Assembly (NCBI GenBank): GCA_903813345.2
Contig: CAIIXF020000001.1
Coordinates: 37,758,001-37,822,000, forward strand
Source: Owenia fusiformis
Taxonomy: Eukaryota
Reading direction: 5' to 3'
Length of the DNA: 64,000 nt
Shown piece after piece: positions 41,301 through 54,400 of this stretch. A program made the position numbers and the translations under genes. Numbering within the stretch: the first letter of the stretch is position 1; each line of letters begins with the position of its first letter. The notes beneath the pieces were generated by a model that saw nothing but the letters and a program-made list of their open reading frames with translations, did no database searches and was not told where the DNA came from.

Positions 41301-44300
41301 GAACAATATCTGTACTGAAATGTGGTATTTTTACTAAACATGTTTATATAATTATACTGGTACAACTAAAATCTAAGGATTCTTATTTTTAGAATGTGAC
41401 GGGGCGATAGTTGATATAGTCTTTGTCATAGACTCCAGTGGAAGTGTTGGCATAAACAACTTCCGACAAGTCTTAGTATTTGTGGGATCAATCGTTCAAC
41501 AACTTGACATTGGAGACATTTTCACAAGAGTTGGCGTGATGACATTTGATTCCTTCCCAAGGGTACAGTGAGTATCAATAAATATTATTTGAAGGGCTTC
41601 GTCAACATTTTCAATTGATAAATGCTCAGAAATTATGAAAATATTGTATCGCATGATTAATAGCAATTCTATAAATAATTAGTTCAAAGGCAAAATGTTC
41701 AAGATACATTCGTATACATCTACCAACCTATCTAATAACGCTTTCTTTATAGATTCCATTTAAACGAATATACGACCAAAGCCTCGGTTAGGCTAGCAAT
41801 CGATAACATTGGCTATGGAGCTGGTGGGACTGCAACTCGTGAAGCCCTTATTGAAGTACGTGATAGTATGTTCATTGCCAACAAAGGAGATAGACCAACA
41901 GTAAAGAACTACATGGTGTTTATTACGGATGGCAATTCTAAAACTGGTGATCCCGCACCAATAGCAAAACAATTAAAAGATGCAGGTGTAACCATCCTTG
42001 CAATTGCCATCGCATCTCCAGATTTAGATATACCAGCGGTACAAGCGTTGGCTAGTGAGCCGACACAAGAAAACAGCTTTATTGTTGACGATTTTTCAGC
42101 TCTTACTGGAGTCACCAATCGTATTGTGAGTGGGGCATGCACTCAAGTTGTTGGTATGTTCACATGTTCATTTCATCTGAATTATCGCACTTTGGAAGGG
42201 GGTATCTGAATGGGACAGCTTTGGTATTCTTTTATCCGCCCCCATCAAATATTTTTGTTTTCATCAGTCAAATAAAAGTGATTTCTCATTTCTCATCTTA
42301 CCTCAAACTTGTTAAATGTTCCCTACATAGAAATATGAAATACATATATCATAAGTTCGTTTAAGTCGAGTGTTCACGCATCCCTTTTCAATTTTAGATT
42401 GCAGTTTTGGGTTCGTGGACTTGTCTTTCGTGATAGATGCCTCTTACTTTGTGGGTCACTTCAACTTCCTTCAGATTCTAGAATTCATCAAAGATATCGT
42501 AAGAAATATTGACATTGGCTCTGATAAATTTAGAGTTAGCATTGTAACTATATCTGATGATGCTCGTGTGGAAATATATTTGGAAAGTTTCTTTAACGCC
42601 AAGGCAATCATTGATGCTATCGATACAATAAGGTATGATCAAGGAGCGAGAAATTTGTCTGCAGCCTTGAAGAAAGTCAGAGAAGAGGTGTTCATTTCAG
42701 TCAATGGAGATCGACTTTTCGTGCCCAACGTTGCAATTGTTATTCTGTCTGGAAAAACAGCTAACACTGACATAAAAACGGAGGTCTTACTGACAAAGGC
42801 TAATGGAATCATCATGTTTGGTATTGGTATAGAATCCGCTAGTCTTGATATGTCAGAAATCAACACAATATCCAGTAATCCTAACCAAATATTTACATAT
42901 GAAGTGTCATCAGCGTCGAGATTAAGAGATATAGCCAGTAGTCTTTCCGAGGGAGTATGTGGACCACAGGTGCAACAACTTGGTGAGTAATAGTAATAGT
43001 ACCCTAATAAGTAAGACCACTTTAAACAAACTTCCAATACCAACGATATATTATATACAATTATAAAATTACTTTTTATTTGCGAAACAGTCCGGATAAT
43101 TTTACTTGGGATTTCAATTGCAGAGTGCAGTAAAAGTAAAGCTGATATTATATTCATACTAGACGCCTCGGAGAGTGTAGGCCCACAAGACTTCATCAAA
43201 GTTCGAGAATTTGTGAGAGCAATAACACGTGAACTTGATGTAAGTCGAGACACCAATCGCATTGCTGCCATTTCTTTCTCAGATGGCGTCACGGAGCATT
43301 TCTTCTTGGATACATTTGATAATAAACAAGATGTACTTGACGCACTTCAGAATATATCTTACGTAGGGGGATCTACAAATACTCAAGCCGCCCTCGTAGC
43401 TTTACGCGAGGATATTGCTATACCGGAACGAGGTGACCGGGAGGAAATTCAAACAATTGGTATTTGTTTAACAGATGGTGCTTCAAAGGTTCGTGGTGTC
43501 CGTGAAGCTGCAACTGCAGTGAAAGATATGGGAGTTGCGCTGATCATGATCGGGGTGAACACAACATCGTTGAGCATTGATGAATTGAACGACATTGCGA
43601 GCAAACCAACAAAAGACTTTTCATATGTGATTGAAAGTTATTCAGAATTATTCAGCATTTCAAGTAAGATAACAGAGGCGGCTTGCTTCAATGTCATCGG
43701 TAAGTTAATTTATATCATATTTACGAAGAATCGACGTTCGACTTATCTTGACAATTGCCTGCAATATCAATGGTGTAATAATACTTCCCCCTGTTTATCA
43801 ATCGATAAGAAAAAAAGAAAAATGAAATCGTTTCTATTATAGCATGTCTCGGGAGCAAAGTAGACATACTATTTGTTGTTGACGCCTCGAAAAGTATTAA
43901 CCCAAACAACTTTGAGATAATTCGACAATTCATCCGAAACATCGTGAGAGAACTGCACATTTCAAAGGATGCTGCCCAAGTGGGTCTGGTCACCTTTCAC
44001 AATACTGTTACTCATCAATGGGATTTGAATACATACCATGTCAAACCATATCTTCTGGCTGCTATAGACGAGATATCCTACAAAGGAGGGAGCACTGATA
44101 CAGCAGGGGGTTTACGAGAGGCCGCGAGAATGCTTAAGGACCCCGCTCTGGGTAACAGAAATGATGCCCAGGACTTAATTGTGGTTATTACTGATGGTGA
44201 ATCTAAGACCGATGACCCTGTCCCCATCGCTGACTCACTGAGGGTGGATCTAGATGCTATCATATTTGCAATTGGTATTGACGCCCCTTCTCTAAATCCT

Positions 44301-47184
44301 GTTGAACTGGATGCGATTGCAAGCTATCCACCCGAGGATTTTTCGTTTGTCGTAGATGACTTTAACAGTCTTACAAGTGTCACTTTCCAGATAGTCCAAG
44401 CATCATGTGGCAAGATACCTTCAAGTAAGTAAACTTTATTGATCTAAGAACTATCCAATATCTGCACGAATCAGCTGGACAAATGGACGGACATGATAAA
44501 ATTTAGCCTTTTACATAAGCAAACTGTACCATTTGGTGAATTTATTGTCGTGTTTCAGTCGGTTGTATTCTTTCCTACCTTGTCTTCCTGGCATTCTTGA
44601 AAGTTGCATTATCAATATATAAGCACAAGTGCCAAAGGGAAAGGACCAAAAGTTGTAATGGAACTTAGCGAGAAAAAGCAAACTCTAAGAGCATACCAGT
44701 CAAGAAAAACAAACCCCATATAGCCCAAAACCATGATCTAACGTGAAAAGAAACAATGTCTAATACCCCCTTTCCCCCACCATTCAAGAACCAATATCAC
44801 AATCCAAGACCAGAAGACCAAGGGACATTTCATTCATACTGAAGTCATTACAATACATGTTGAAGAAAATATTAGAAATTGATAGCCAGCAATTGATAGC
44901 CAATACTCATAACCTCAAAAATAGTTGTATATATAAGTACTCATACAAGATAGAACATTCAGTCTCAAATGATGTGGGATAGATAAAATCAAGTTAGTTA
45001 TATTTCCCCAGGCCTATCTAATGTTTTCTGGCTATCTATTAATTTTCAGGAAGAATAACTACAACTGTGAAACCGCCCACAGAAATAACTGGACCCCAGA
45101 CTACCACGATACCCGAAGGGCAAAGAACTACCACTAGAGGACTTCCACCAACCAGATCACCTCGTCCAACTGTTGGACCCCCAGGTCAGAAACCTACAAC
45201 GACTATCACAACTACACCTCCAGCTACTGTCCCTCCCTCTACCACAACAACCCAAAGGCCAACTTTACGTATGTTTTCATAGATGGAAATATGAGCTTTC
45301 AAATTCAGTTTTATTCAGACAAAACTATCAATGTTAAGAATGAAATGTCCATGGCCAAATATGTTAGTACAATTATTAAAATAGTAGTATCTGACTAAAT
45401 TTTTTATTTGCGTTCTAAATCATTAGACTCTATCCAATTTCAGCTGAAGAAAAGATCATCAACGCGGAACTTTGTTTTGTCATAGACACAACCTCCCAAA
45501 CATTTGAAAATGAACAACTTGAATCTGTAAAGAACTTCATGATGGCAATGCTAGGTGGGCTTAAAATAAATTGGGATGGTCTTCAATGCGGCGTTACAGT
45601 GATATCCAACAAAGCAAGAGTAAACCTCTATCTTGATTCAAGTCAGGATGCTTATGGTCTTTTCAAAGAAATTGGCGATTTAAGATTGACATATGACAGC
45701 AAAGGTGTGAAACGCAGCGGAGGTACACTTGATTTGGGAATACAACAAATGCGTGAGGAGATATTTGCAGAGCAAAATGGATTGCGAGATGATTACAAAA
45801 AGTTTGGAATCGTTATATCCGATGGCAGTTCACTCTCAGGGAATTTAGCGCTGCAAGCAAATATGGCGAAGTATAGTGACAAAATAGAGATGTTTATGAT
45901 GTATAAAAATAACACAAATCTGAATGCACAAGAGGTAAAGAGGCTCGAGGGCATAGCCACAGATGATGATCATTTTATCACGTTCAATAGCTACGAAGGT
46001 GAAATGCAGCAATATGCCAGATATATAATCGACATGATCGAGCAAAATACAGGTATTAGTGACAAAATATCATAAATATGTACATTATATAGAGCTATTT
46101 ACTTGGATAAAGAAGATATTTCTAAGTTCTTTAAGAAACAAGTTGCCTACGTTCAACTTTATAAAAGAACCAAATAATTAAAAGTATTTGTAATTATGAT
46201 TCAATTATGAATTTTTTAAAATACACATTGTGCATGACGCATTCTAAGCATTTTAAACTATAATTGTTACAACATTAATTTTTCTTATTTTGTGACGATC
46301 ACGCCCCACTCCCTGTTTAGACCCATGTAACATTAATGCCCCTTACATTTTAGTTGTTACAACAGTAAGAACGACAACACCAGTCACCGCTTCTAACTCA
46401 GGCGTCACAGGTGTGAACACTGGTGGGAGCACAAATGTAAACACTAATGGAAATACTGATGGAGGAAATACTGGCAGGACAAGTGGAGGAATGATAACCA
46501 CAACAACAACATCTACGATCGGTATCACAGAGAGTATGTACTGTTACTATAAAATACTAGTTAACTGCTCGCTATTTCCTTTGGGTTGTAATTTCATTGG
46601 CATGTCTTTGCAACTATTTGTTTTAAATTTTCTAAAAACAGGCTATCCCGACACCGTCATCGTGATTTCCTTGGAAGTCAATTTTAAATTGCTATTATAA
46701 ATGACCACGTGATGAGACAGGTTTTAGAAATGTAAGTTCTGTTTTAGCTCCAAATGCTGAAAGTCAGATACTGGCTGAGACCCCTACTATAATTGGCATC
46801 ATTGCGGCAGCATGTGTAATCGGGACCTTGATATTAGTAGGGTCAGTATGGGCAATATGTAGAAATAGGATGCGACAGAGCGAGAAGGAACGACGAATGA
46901 TGAACGGCACTGAGTCCCTGTACTCCTACAGCAGCAGCAGGGGTCAGCCAACCCACAATCCGGCGTACATAGATGAAGATGTAAGCGTTTTCTATAATAT
47001 GCGTTTAATGGTTGATATTTTGGCAAGTTTATCATATTATGCCAAGTTCAATGTTATATAGAAATCGACCTTAATGTAAATTACTTTTGTGATTAATTTT
47101 TCAAAGTTTTTATTATATTTCCAGCAGGACTACATAAAGCACGGAATACATGACCAGGAAGGGGTGACGGCGAATCCGATATAA
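38305..47184 (+). CDS. Type I membrane protein with 8 VWA (collagen VI/matrilin-like) domains, Pro/Thr linkers, TM and NPxY tail (1862 aa)
   Basis: Exons 38305-38386 (signal MQYKMSRILSSIVLSLAILQKVLS), 38562-38867, 39042-39202, 39415-39529, 39691-40269, 40389-40955, 41105-41263, 41393-41567, 41753-42153, 42398-42982, 43124-43699, 43843-44424, 45050-45268, 45444-46052, 46354-46533, 46748-46980 (TM IIGIIAAACVIGTLILVGSVWAI; HNPAY), 47125-47184. All introns are GT-AG and the exons total 5589 nt in frame. DxSxS/TDG motifs are present. Confidence 0.9.
44625..44845 (+). repeat. Dispersed repeat, second copy at ~49930-50110
   Basis: aaaggacc.aaa.ttgtaatgg..aaaaagcaaa..ataccagtc..gaaaagaaacaatgtctaataccccct..ccaatatcacaatccaa..cattcatactgaa occurs in both places. 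Confidence 0.75.
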
Positions 47185-47564
47185 AAGCCTGCTCCTTGAA
47201 CAAATCATTTGGACGATCGTGAATGAGTTTTGAGTACTACATTAAAATGTAAAAAATAAGTCAAATCGATAGTTGGTGTTTATTTGCCTGTGTTAATGTG
47301 TCCTGTATACGTTTTTGTGTTAATCGCTAACAGATTAATGACATTACTGTGAACTGCAATGCTTTCAGTAGACAGGCATTCCTCGATTGATTTGCCTCTA
47401 AACTGATCATGAATAATGCTGTTTCGAAACCTGCTATGTATCGATAACTACATGAAGGAATTTAGTAATAGATGTACCAGTTATGGTAAATCATTTTTGA
47501 CAGGTGCATTTCCCTAATGATTTTATTCTCATCAAAATAATACGTTTCCCTCTGAAAACTCAAA

Positions 47565-49590
47565 AAACGCAACAAGCAGTGATCTCGTAAAACCACAAAA
47601 CGAGTGATGACTACATCAATTTCATTCAACGTACCATAAAGCCACGTCCCTCGTGGATGGTATGCCCCTCGAAATGGTATGTCATTCATTCACATGTGGT
47701 CATGGTTGGGCGGAAGATCATACATTTTGCACAGTGGGCCAAATTCGGCTCTGGACCAAGTTTCAGATATATATATTGCAAAAGTCAGTGCAAGGGCTAA
47801 GTGCTACAATTAAGTTCTCCTGATCTGAATTGTTGTGACTTTTTCTATTGAAGCTCATGAGCAGAGAGTTAACCATTCCTCCACCAGATTTTACAAAATT
47901 TTGGGAAAGAATTGCCAATGGGCTGCTTTTTCCGCCTTAAGCCACAGATGACTCAGAGCTGAGCCATGAATGACATGGAGAGATGTGCGCATCTTTGTGT
48001 GCAAAGAAGTGGCGGCATTTTGGAGGGGTATAGGATATATTCTTGTAAGAGTATGAGTATGAACACTAAAATACTGTCTATGCCACACATGCCACACCTT
48101 CTTCCAATTGCCCTTATGCCTCATGCACTGACTTTTGCAATGTTTTAAACTTGGTCCCGAGCTGATTTTGCCCCACTTTGCGAGAGCAATGATTATTTGG
48201 CCAACCATGAATCCATGTGAATGAATGACATATCGTAGCCAAGAGGGGAAATGTCACTTTGTGGTACATTAAATGAAAAGGATGCAGTCACCACTGTTTT
48301 TATATTTTCTTCCAATTCGAGCTAAACACCTAGAGAAGATGTATCTATCATTTATTCTCCCAAACTTAGAGTATGGAAGTATATTATTTGAAAAATCTAC
48401 CAAGTATAATATTATGAAACTAGACCAAGTTCATTATAGAGCAGCATTATTAGTAAGTGGCTGCATTCATGGAACATCTACTGTAAAGGTTTTGAAATGT
48501 CTAAATTGGAATACCCTGTCTGAGCGGAGAAAGGAGAAACGTTTACGTTTAATGTATGATGTTAGACAGAAATTGGTTCCAACTTATGTCCAAACATTTT
48601 TTGATAGTTATCAAAATAAGCAACATAATATTAACTTAAGAAAATCAAGAAAATACAATATTCCAAAGTTAACTGCACGTTCACAAAAGTCACCAATAAT
48701 AAATGCCATAGGAGAATGGGAAGCCATCCCAAATTATCTAAAAAGTGCACCATCAAGAGTCACTTTCAAAACCAATTTACGTAAATATTCAGGGACAATG
48801 AAGCATTTAACAACCACAAACCTGGATCTTACAAGAAAAGAAGAAATTTTACTGAATAGAACAAGATGTGATTTCATTTTTACTGGTCATCTTTTTCAAC
48901 ATAATTTTCAAGGTATTGACAGTCCCAAATGCATCTGTGGTTTTAAACAACAAACTACAAAGCATCTAATCTTCAAATGCCCTCTGTTGAATGTTATAAG
49001 AGAGAAACTTTGGGGGGAACTCAGGAACATGCCAGAAATGAACATTTTCTTTACAGGATGCTCTATAGAGCAAAAGCTGAATATCTTAATGTATGGCAGA
49101 GATGGAGTTAGTATAACATGCAATTCTTCAATATTGAAGCATTTTACATCCTTTTTGTGTGAATGCATTAATATAATTATATAGTTTTTAACACATTCCT
49201 GCCATGCATACATACATGTTGGTAGTCATTTTGTTGCTATTTTGTAAATTTGAATAAACTTTGTATTAACAGGGCCAATAATGCTGATTTCAGCCTCGGC
49301 CCTGTCATTTGTAGATAATTTTGTAAAGTAAAATAAAGAATCCATAAAAACTAACTAAACTTCCAATGGCACCTGGCCCCGTGGATTGACTCGCGATGTT
49401 TATTACTTGGTCCCAAGCTTATTTTGGCCTACTTTGCAAAAGGAATAAGTACTCGCCCAACCATGACCCAATGTCAATATATGACATACCATTAGAAAGA
49501 GGAGACACGTGGCCTTGTGGTACATTGAATGAAATCAATGCTGTTATTACTGGTTTTGTGGTTTTCTGAGATAACTATTGGTTTTTTTGA
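47565..49590. mobile_element. Inverted-repeat DNA element remnants surrounding a LINE fragment
   Basis: 47580-47760 is inverted relative to both 48150-48288 and 49405-49575, which are direct copies of each other. Confidence 0.6.
48295..49340 (+). mobile_element. 5'-truncated non-LTR retrotransposon (LINE ORF2 C-terminus, RT thumb to CCHC finger; ORF 48273-49184)
   Basis: YLSFILPNLEYGSILF..QVHYRAALLVSG..LNWNTLSERR..LMY..VPTY and CICG..TTKHLIFKCP. The 3' UTR has aataaa and an A-rich end. Confidence 0.85.
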
Positions 49591-51485
49591 TACGCACTAT
49601 ATCCACCCATATTAGCGACAGATGCCTGCAAACCTTACTTCGAGGAAAATAAAATATAACTTCATGCATGGTCAAAGATGTGACTGTCACGCCATTTGGC
49701 AAACCGTACCTGATCTTTTGTAGCGTTTTATAAATAAACTATTTTTATAATTGATATCATTGTTTATTTTTGTTGTATTTACAATTCATAATTGTACATT
49801 ATTAATTTTACAAATTTTACATATACATAACATATACACCGTTGTCCATATACATGGAATATATTCCAATTTTCATTTTTGGTCTGATCAGGAAAAATTA
49901 TAACGCTTTTGAAATTTAATGTCTAAGCAGAAGTGTCAAAGAGAAAGGACCGAAACTTGTAATGGCACTTTGCAAGAAAAAGCAAATTCCAAGTGTATAC
50001 CAGTCTAATGAAAAGAAACAATGTCTAATACCCCCTTCTTCCGCCTCATTCAAAAACCAATATCACAATCCAAAACCTGAACACAGAGGGACCTTCCATT
50101 CATACTGAACTAACCACTGAAGCGCTGATGGAATATTCTGATATAAGAGCGTTTTATCGAGACTAATTATAGTTTACTACAATTGCTATCTAAACGGACT
50201 TTTTAAAACAATCGTTTTTGCTTACGTTCATATAATTAAAACTCGTGTAATTGTTATAGTTATCGAGAAAGTGTACTGTTTTTGAAAAAGATATTCCAGA
50301 TATTGTGCAACAGTGTATGTAATCATGTATAAACGTTCATAGTAAACAAATAATTCAAATATATTTATAATGATCCTTCTGAATACAAATATTATATTAT
50401 TTACATTTATTTCATTATATACTGAAAGACTCGGGTATAAAATCTAAAATCTGTAAAAGAAACTAGTCATTCTCTGTCACTTAATTGCAGAGAATCTACC
50501 ATATCCATCTAGGCATCTACCTATTCTACGTCATATTAGACTCAACTCGGACCCTAGTTAAATCAAAAAAATAAATGTATCATAAAGTTGGACCTATTTA
50601 ATGTATTCTCCGAACAAAGAACTTCAGAATTCAAACTTTTTTCTCCAATACAAAGGGAAAGTATATTTTGGATATCGAAGACCTGCGTTCGGAGTCTCCT
50701 TTGATGGAGTTATGTCACATCAGTTATTGGCACCAAAGTAATGTAGGAGTGGTATAAAAATAAAAATCTGTAGACACCACTTTCATCTACGGCTACACAT
50801 ATTTACAATAATGTGGTTTTTAAATCGGTGGAATACAGATATTGGATTTGAATATGGGGATGAGCAAAAAGCTTAACTAGTTGAAGCAATTCCTGAAATA
50901 CTATAACTGAAATTGACACCGTTGAAGTTAGTTATATCATTTAAAGCTTAGGGCAGAATCAGATCTAGCAAGATCCGGATGAGTACTCTTGACAAAAATT
51001 GCTTCAATTTTAGAATATTTTTTGCTCATTCATTGTCATGGCTATTACTTTTAAAAACACCCAAAGTAGGCTATATAATTGTATTTGAGGAAATCTAAAG
51101 ATACAAGATCTACAATAATACATTCATTTTTCAATTTTATGATTGCCGTTTCTAATATTTGAGAGAATTTAAGCAATTTTTCGCCATTTTGGCACTTGGT
51201 ATCCTTTATAACTTCATCAATTTATAACACATCATTGATCTTGTGGGAGATTTTATATTTTGAGATTGTAAGGAATATATTAGTAGGTCAACTGTACATG
51301 TTACTTGTAATTTTGTCACTCCCAATGGATCTGATTCGTATTATAACCACCTTCATCGGATATCAAGGTGGTTCATTTAAATTAGTCCACGATTATAAAT
51401 CATATGCGTTTTTGTTGTATTTCTCATTGTGCTTTACTTCTACTGAACTGATATTTCTTTTTATTTCATGGTCCATTCAGCATTA

Positions 51486-54400
51486 CTAACTCACGAGACT
51501 TGTACCCTCGCCACTGTCCGCACTTTTTATACTAAACGAAGTCTTATATTGTATACGCGATGTAGAGCTAGCCCTTGAGCTTGGCCTTCCACTGATGATT
51601 GAACCGGTGGGTTTATCACTAATTAAGCTGGTGGGTTTATCACTGAGTGTGCTTGCACGTTTATCACCAATTGGACTGGTTGGTGCACTACTGAGTGAGC
51701 CATCGTTCTTGCCAGTAACGGCTATGGCAGCATAGGGATTTTCTTCTATATCCTTGGTTAGATCACTAGTTGTTCCCACCTGTTTGTAAACTCTTCCTCC
51801 TGGCGCAGTGAATTTATCTACAAAATACACATCTCCCCTTTGACCTTGTTCGTCTTCGCTTACATGTAGATAATAAATTGAAATCTAATTTGAAACAAGC
51901 AAAACATTAAGTTGATTTTTATAACGTAGAATAGAAGTATTACACGATTGATATTAACATTTAAATCAGTTGGATAACTTAACAATGGGCATGCACAGAA
52001 ACCAGGGTATAATGATCTTCGTAGCACCTACTCATGTAAACAAACTATCATAAAAAACACTGAACCCCATATAATATTAAGGGGCAAAAAGGATGAGAAA
52101 CAATACTTGCAAATCCCGTAAAACCCAAAAAGTGACAACATTTAGAAGAATTGGCAAACTCGATAATTTTATTAATTTTACGCCAGTTGTAATTTTCTGA
52201 TGTTGTCACGATTTCAAGCACTGTAAAAGCATTATTTTAAGCATGGTTTAACTAGCATGAACCAGATCACTAAACTAAAGGTACAAGCTTCGTCTTTCTA
52301 CAAAAAAGTTAAGCCGCCAAACGGTGAGAAGTGTGCACTACAAAGGCACAATTCAACCCGAATGTGTAAAGCTTAGGTGATTACAACATAAACTACTAAG
52401 AATACTACAATGCTAATAAAAGCAAATAAAAGATCTTTCTACATTGCTATTTTACTGGATTATCTTGTGTTGACAAGAACAAAAAAATAGAAGCAAAGCA
52501 CGAACATTGATTTGCTTGATTGTTGATACATTATGTGAGAGTTTACATTGAATGTTAAAATGCAATATTGGTTTCCTGTAAAGTATAATCTCATTTTGAT
52601 GACATATCTTGTCTCAAAACACAAATGGTTAATTTAATTTCTAACTACCATGGACATCAGTTTAACATGCAAACTCTCAAATAATGATCTACTCTATAAG
52701 TTTTAAAATAGTGATAACAGACATGCCTCGTATACCAGAAAAACATTTTAAGTACCTTTTACCAATAGTTTACCGTCGTGTCTGCATTAATACAAGCAAA
52801 TACATTTTTAAATCATCCGTACATATTGAGATTGCATTTTTGTTTGTACATCAAAACTATGTTAAGTAAATGTTACAATAAAGAGAAAGACACACGGGCA
52901 TTAGCTATACGATAGAAAAGGGAAATACATGTATTAGTAGATGAAATGAAGATTGTGTAATACTAGTTCCAAACTACAAACAGTATTACAATTATGTGTG
53001 TTAAATTGTGTTTTTGTGTTGCTGTGGCGTCATAATGACAAACAGTGATGGTGGTATTTTAGTGAAAACGAACATAATTAGATTTAGCAAATAGCTTTTA
53101 GTAAAGAACTGCAGTTCTATCTACGTGCAAGTATCCAAGATGGCGGTCAGATTGTGCAGTAGGCCTACCCGTAAATAAACTGCTCCCTCGTGCGCTTTCT
53201 GGGTCAATATCACCTTTGATTTGTGATTCCTAAAATATAATCAAGTTGAATTACAACAGAATAATTTGAGATAATCAAATGTTTCGCAACATAAGCATCT
53301 TGCCATAGCATTTTAAGCAGAATCAAAAGGCAATTAATTCGAACAATATTACAGCTCTTAACACTTGGTAAGGACACCAAGGAAATTAAAGAAACAACGC
53401 AAATATAGGATTAAGATAATCTGTTCAACAATACAAAGCTAATATCTACATATAGGTAGATCTAGGCTATGTACGGAAAGCTAGTAGAATGCCATAAATA
53501 ACACATAACGAGACCAATATTTTATTTCAAAACAAGCAAAACAACAATAAATAAATAAGAAACATCACACTTCAGTCATTCAGCCAGGTATTGCTCCTCG
53601 AAATAAAGCCATATTCGACCTCTCTGATCTTAGTAAATAATCACCTCTTAGTAAACAATCACCTCTAATCATCTCTAGCCTTGATTAATGTGATGTTTGT
53701 AAATCTTGCATGGTATCGTATTATTAATGTGATACTTGTGATTTTAAACAACATATCATCTCACCTGATCCATTTCATCCTCTACTTCGGCATGCTGCAT
53801 GTAATAAGGGTTTGCTATCTTCACACCTGCATATCTCTTGCCACCATCGAGAGACTGTTGCCCCTTACTACGGGCTTTAACTCTAGACCGACAGATGAAG
53901 TAGATGAGGCACATAATGATGAAGAATGCAAGTACACAACAGACTGCAATTATTGCAACCTTCTCGTCGTCACGGAGACCAACCTGGGGTGACGCTACAA
54001 AAACATGTATCAATGTTAAAAAATCGATTGATTTTGACTGCGTAATGTCATTTTTTCAACATTAGCACTAAAATAAATGCTTGAATTATCACACTCTGTA
54101 TACGAGCATATTTGAACGGAAGATGGACAAGGAAAGACACACTTGGAAACATCATTTATTACGAGTAAGATATCTCGGTTTAAAGGTGTTTCTTGAACGA
54201 AGCATTTCAGAAACTCCATAGTAGCTCATTATATCGACTTACTTATAGGTTGTGTTCCGCATACTGCCTCAATAGCGTTGGCTTCTATGTCACCGAGCTG
54301 ATCCGTACTATCAATCATAAAAGTATATTCGAGCCCTGCAATTTTCTCCAGATCCTCCTCAAGTACAATATTGTTCCTATCTAAGCCTATTGCTGTGACG

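Noticed and set aside
52756..52781. Possible 26-nt extra cytoplasmic exon of the minus-strand VWA gene
   Set aside because: It would break the frame that already joins 53169 to 51817.
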